Origin: Azolla caroliniana
Lineage: Eukaryota; Plantae; Polypodiophyta
Direction of reading: 5' to 3'
Assembly: GCA_043228905.1 (NCBI GenBank)
Contig: JBHGNT010000015.1
Span: 8,928,001-8,992,000, forward strand
Length of the DNA: 64,000 nt
Below the pieces are notes generated by a model. The model had not been told where the DNA came from. It was given only the letters and a program-made list of their open reading frames with translations, and did no database searches. The first letter of the stretch is position 1. Every line of letters starts with the position of its first letter. Positions 60,809 through 64,000 of the stretch are shown here, piece by piece. A program made the translations under genes and the position numbers.

Positions 60809-62519
60809 TGTAGAAAGTAGCGTGCGGAAGCAAGTATGAAGACAAAACAGAGGAAGGAAACTCAGGTTCAATGGAGAGCTTAGGCTTACACGGTATACGT
60901 GGGAGAGACAGAGAGAGAAACACAAAAAACTATATTCAACAATAATACTCGATCTTTGTGTACATAAGACGTGCTCAGTGAGCACTTTTATACAAGTCCT
61001 AAAAGGACTAACCGAAGTACTGACAGTACTTCAATGCTCATCAAGAGCCCCTACACTAACTCCCAAATATATTCCTCACGGAATATCTTTCCTAACGACC
61101 TCCCGGTTTATGTACTCGGCCTAACCGATCGGTCCCAACCGATCCGGTCCTCGGCTTCTTCAGCCGATCCGGCCGATGTTGAGCTTGTCTCTCAACACTC
61201 CCCCTCAAGCTCAACTTGAGGCTCTTCGGGATCTTCACAGCACCGGTTCCTCCTGGCTTCTCGCCTCGCTCGCGCTCCTCGATCTGTTCGACTCCGCGCG
61301 CTTTGACCCTTCCGATCGGCTTGTCTGCTCATGTGGCCCTCATCAGCTCTTCTGTTGTTGCGGTGTTGACGCTTCTTCTGCTGCCTTTTCTTCCGCTTGG
61401 GCCTCGGTTGATTCAGCGTGTCTGAATCAAACATCCGAACCGACTCTGCTACCTCCGATCGGTTTTCGCTCTCGTCCGAGTTGGCTATCTCCAACTCGTC
61501 TTCGGTCTTCTCGCCCTCGATGGCGTCATCTTCCCCATGCGTGGTTGGCTTCGGCTCTGTCCTTCGGTTGCTCCCCTTCTGTTCTCTTCCGAACTTTTCC
61601 GCGGGTCCACCCTCGGCTTCTTCAGCCGATCCGTCTTCAACCGAGTCAACAAACGAGTCAACCGACTCGGTGTCATGGTCACCACTCCTTTCCTACTGCC
61701 TTGCTTGGTCGTTCGGGATTGTTCTCCCCCTCAAGTTCGGCACGTCGAGGTGACGCAACCCGAGCACACCTGAGAATTGCCGCAACTTGTCCAGACCAAG
61801 AGGCTTTGTGAAGATGTCGGCAGTCTGCCGATCCGTCGGAACGTACTGAAGTTCGACTTCACCGGAAAGGACATGCTCACGAACGAAATGGTAGTGCACC
61901 TCAATGTGCTTGGTCCGTGCGTGGAAGACGGGGTTCTTCGCGAGCTGGATGTTGCTGAGGTTGTCGCAGTAGATCGTCGTCGGATCTGACACCTCCTCTT
62001 GCAGGTCCTTAAGTAGCCGCTTCAACCATATGGCTTCGCATGTCGCGACAGCCGCTCCTCGGTACTCAGCTTCGGGGCTCGACAAGGCAACTGTCGGCTG
62101 CTTCTTACTGCTCCATGCGATCGCGGCACTCCGGAGAGAGAACGCATATCCAGACGTGGATCGGCGATCGGTAGCGTTGCTAGCCCAATCAGCATTAGTG
62201 TAGCCGACTAACTGCGCGGCTGTACCGGTCCGATATAGCAGTCCCCGGTCCTTAGTGCCGTTGACATACCGAAGTATGCGTTGCGCACATTGAAGGTGCT
62301 CCTCGGTAGGTCGCACCATGAACTGATTGATCACCCCAACTGGATAACTGAGGTCGGGTCGGGTGATGGTCAAGTATATAAGGCTTCCGACAATTTGTCG
62401 GAACCTCGTCGGGTCGCATACCTTTCCCGTACCGGGACGAAGCTTGACGTTTCTGTCCAGAGGAGTCGAGATGGACTTACAATCGGCCATCCCGAGTTTG
62501 AAGAGCATACTCAGCACGT
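60809..62519 (-). mobile_element. copia group E copy, 3' part: RT-RH (61693-62519), PPT, 3' LTR 60809-61197; inserted in the A4 RT
   Basis: SLIYLTITRPD, YTNADW, RTKHIEV, ADIFTK; PPT CTTGAGGGGGAG; LTR similar to 16899-17259. Confidence 0.92.
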
Positions 62520-64000
62520 TGTCGTGAAGAAAACCGTCCACAAGCGGAATCGGTGCACAGGAGCGTAGGAACCGGCTCTTCTCGAATGTTGTCCATAGAA
62601 GATCCTAGGCAGGAAGATTTAGTGGGTAGGAAGTAAAGGGGAAACGGCTCCTTCCTTGCCTATAAAAGGAGGGAGACGCGAAGGGGGATGGGATCGCGGA
62701 GAGTCGAGGACGAAGTGCTGTCGGTTTGCTTGCGAAGGCTTCTCTCTCTCTCTCTCTGGTTCGCAAGCTCCATAGCTTCCTTCTGTGCAGGTTTCGGGAG
62801 GCTCGCGCTGCTCTGAGGAACGCCCGAGTGCTTCCGGCAGCACCTCCAACCTACTCCTTCCTTTTTGTGCGTTTACGAACAGGTATCGACATCTGTTCGC
62901 CGGCCTGTTCGGTTGTAACCAACTTCATGCTTGTTGTTTGTCTTGTTTATATATATATATTTTTTTACATACATTCGTGTCTCTCTGTGTCGCTGTCGCA
63001 CTCGCGTCTCTGTGTCGAAGGGCCGTGTCCCTGTGAATCTATGCTCGCACCTTCTGGGTCTCTTCCCCTCTCCTTTTCTCTCTTGCTCTTCGGTACAAGA
63101 TCCCCGAGGTCCCGCCTCATTCCACGCATCCGCGAGGAATACCTCGACATCTTGGTGAACCCGACGTGAAGGAGGCGGTAGAAGAGCAGAAGATGAAAGG
63201 GTCGGATCTTGCGGAGGCCATGGCTTCGGCCGTAGATCGGATATTGAGCGCACGCGAGGGCTCCGGCGCCCTCGACAGAGCCATTGAGGCGGTCGTCGGT
63301 ACGATCGGCCGGTTCAGCGGAAAGGATGCCACGAAGTATTTGGCGTCCTACGGGGCAGAAATGTTGATGCTGGACATTCCGAAAGAGAGACGTCTTGCCG
63401 GGTTTCCTCGAGTGGCGATGCCGAGCATCCATGCGGAGGTGCTCGAGGTGCGGGCGGAGAGCCGTACCTGGGAGGAGTTCGAAGGCCGACTCCTGGAAAA
63501 AATACGGGCTGGACGACGCGCTCCGGCTTTCGAAACGAAACTTCATGGAATGGGTGGAGTCCCCCGGCAAGGGAAGAAACGCGTCGGCACTCCTTCGGGA
63601 GTTTGAAGAACGCTTTGCGCGCCTTTCGGCGCTTGACCGAGCCATTCTGGATACGAGCCGGGTCCTACTGTTCGTCAAGTCGGTGGACGAGCGGGACCGG
63701 GATCAAGTCTGCTCCTTGCTGGAAACCGAAGACGGGCTGACGACCGACTGGGCTGCAGTTAAGAGGGTCTGTGGCTGTTTTGACAAAGGGCGAGAATGGG
63801 CTGATAACGGGGCGGCCGGTGCGGGCTCTGTCACAGCAAGGATACTGGAACCAGCACCACAAGGGCGAAGGGAAGAGACCCGGGAGTGGCTCGAAACCGG
63901 TTCGGCTTCGACCGGCATGGTCAATGGCTCCTCCGGAGGAGCAGCGCTGGAGGAGTTGACGCGGGCGATAAAGGATCTCCAGATCGCCCAGGCTCGAAGG
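62520..64000 (+). mobile_element. gypsy family B copy B2: 5' LTR 62520-63149, Trp PBS, gag start; runs off the right edge
   Basis: homologous to 26580-27975; preceded by ACGT. Confidence 0.93.

Overview
The window is almost entirely nested, mostly decayed plant LTR retrotransposons; I can support no host gene. The mix of element types suggests a non-seed land plant such as a moss or fern (inference). It holds two Ty1/copia groups and four Ty3/gypsy families, up to five elements deep. Top observation: gypsy family A has no polypurine tract next to its 3' LTR. In its place is a sense copy of a tRNA-Arg(UCU) 3' end (GTCCCACGGGCGTGCCA, i.e. a second PBS on the opposite strand) behind a small hairpin with a compensatory base-pair change. 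The motif occurs in three family A copies and in a small fold-back element with an unrelated LTR, which suggests tRNA- or tRNA-mimic-primed plus-strand synthesis. The only TSD-flanked family A copy ends in an inverted copy of its U3, and the family encodes a ~1000-aa extra ORF. Second: a fungal-type gypsy family with a tRNA-Trp PBS, insertion at ACGT, and a G-GAU-UUU-UAG slippery site plus pseudoknot between PR and RT. All alignments were by eye and tRNA matches are from recalled plant tRNA sequences, not database searches.
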